A stretch of 63,443 nt of DNA, the filler included, from Asterionella formosa (Eukaryota): the NCBI GenBank assembly GCA_002256025.1. It is 21 parts of 21 records of this genome, joined end to end, with 100 filler letters (N's around TTAATTAATTAA, not from the genome) between each part and the next. Parts side by side here need not be neighbours in the genome. Positions count along the whole stretch, not along the records: positions 62,247 to 63,443 come from NKIB01003738.1; 20 more parts are not named here. One strand, written 5' to 3'. The number at the start of each line of letters is the position of its first letter. The stretch's first letter is position 1. Both the position numbers and the translations under genes were made by a program. Shown here one piece after another: positions 62,927-63,443 of this stretch. Below the pieces are notes generated by a model. The model did no database searches. It was not told the origin of the DNA and was given only the letters and a program-made list of their open reading frames with translations.

Positions 62927-63443
62927 GCTAGTTAACTACCGGTAATCTGATGTGATGATATGTCACAGCTTTCAGCGGACCGAGACAAAATGATTATCAG
63001 GATCCTTGTTTTGGGGGATCGCTCAGGTCCAGCCATTGCTTCATTCATTTATTTAGGTTATCAGCTTTTCATGTGACATGGGCTTGGGTACATTTTGGTT
63101 GCGTATCGGTATTCCACTTGGAAGTGAATGGGTTGCCGGGATACCATAATTACTACCTTGGTACCTGGTACTCAGAGCCAAGTGCCAGGTACCGTACCAG
63201 GTACTACTCCAATTTAGTCCTGGTGTATTGAATACTCGGAGTACAGGTGCATTTTGTATTCTTACAACAGTGGTATTCGTATATTTTACATAGACCGGTA
63301 GACAATCCTAACGGTGCTACCGGTAGCGGTATGTCCGAGAGTCATGCACATTTTACATGAAATGAAATAACGCTATAACTTCATTTGCTACATGAACTGA
63401 TTGGTGTTGCTGAGTTGGGACTCCTTGTCCACCGACCATGACG

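Noticed and set aside
1..63443. tRNA, rRNA or riboswitch genes
   Set aside because: The GTTCGA-like hits I checked (~3152, 32410, 41821, 57636) lack cloverleaf context, and I saw no rRNA or TPP signature by eye. A tRNAscan-SE or Infernal run would be decisive.

Overview
Eukaryotic nuclear DNA, very probably from a diatom. The evidence is ASAFAP-type plastid presequences, an Lhc/FCP gene, CYP97, CoDi-type Copia elements and short GT-AG introns. The window is not one locus. It is an artificial concatenation joined by twenty 100-nt spacers (N44-TTAATTAATTAA-N44): two ~19.3 kb scaffolds (5204-24546 and 31147-50472) and nineteen ~1.2 kb contigs, so neighbourhood across spacers means nothing. Scaffold 1 carries RPS20, an RCC1/RCC2-like gene and a 6-exon ~2200-aa PLU-1/PHD chromatin protein with no JmjC domain. 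Scaffold 2 carries a SYLF-domain gene, MIOS (GATOR2), a double HMG-box gene, a signal-peptide tandem SET-domain gene, CYP97, a 52-aa membrane micro-ORF and an LFR/BAF250_C-like ARM gene. The small contigs are mostly transposon pieces (CoDi and canonical Copia, LINE, Plavaka/CACTA-like, Mutator-like, pogo-like) and tandem repeats, plus truncated Lhc, glycosyltransferase-like and plastid-targeted genes. I see no prokaryote-style novel system. The most interesting signals are GGTACC/CCWGG/ACCGGT clusters upstream of most genes, the secreted tandem SET protein and the JmjC-less KDM5-like scaffold. All family calls come from motif recognition by eye, not from database searches.
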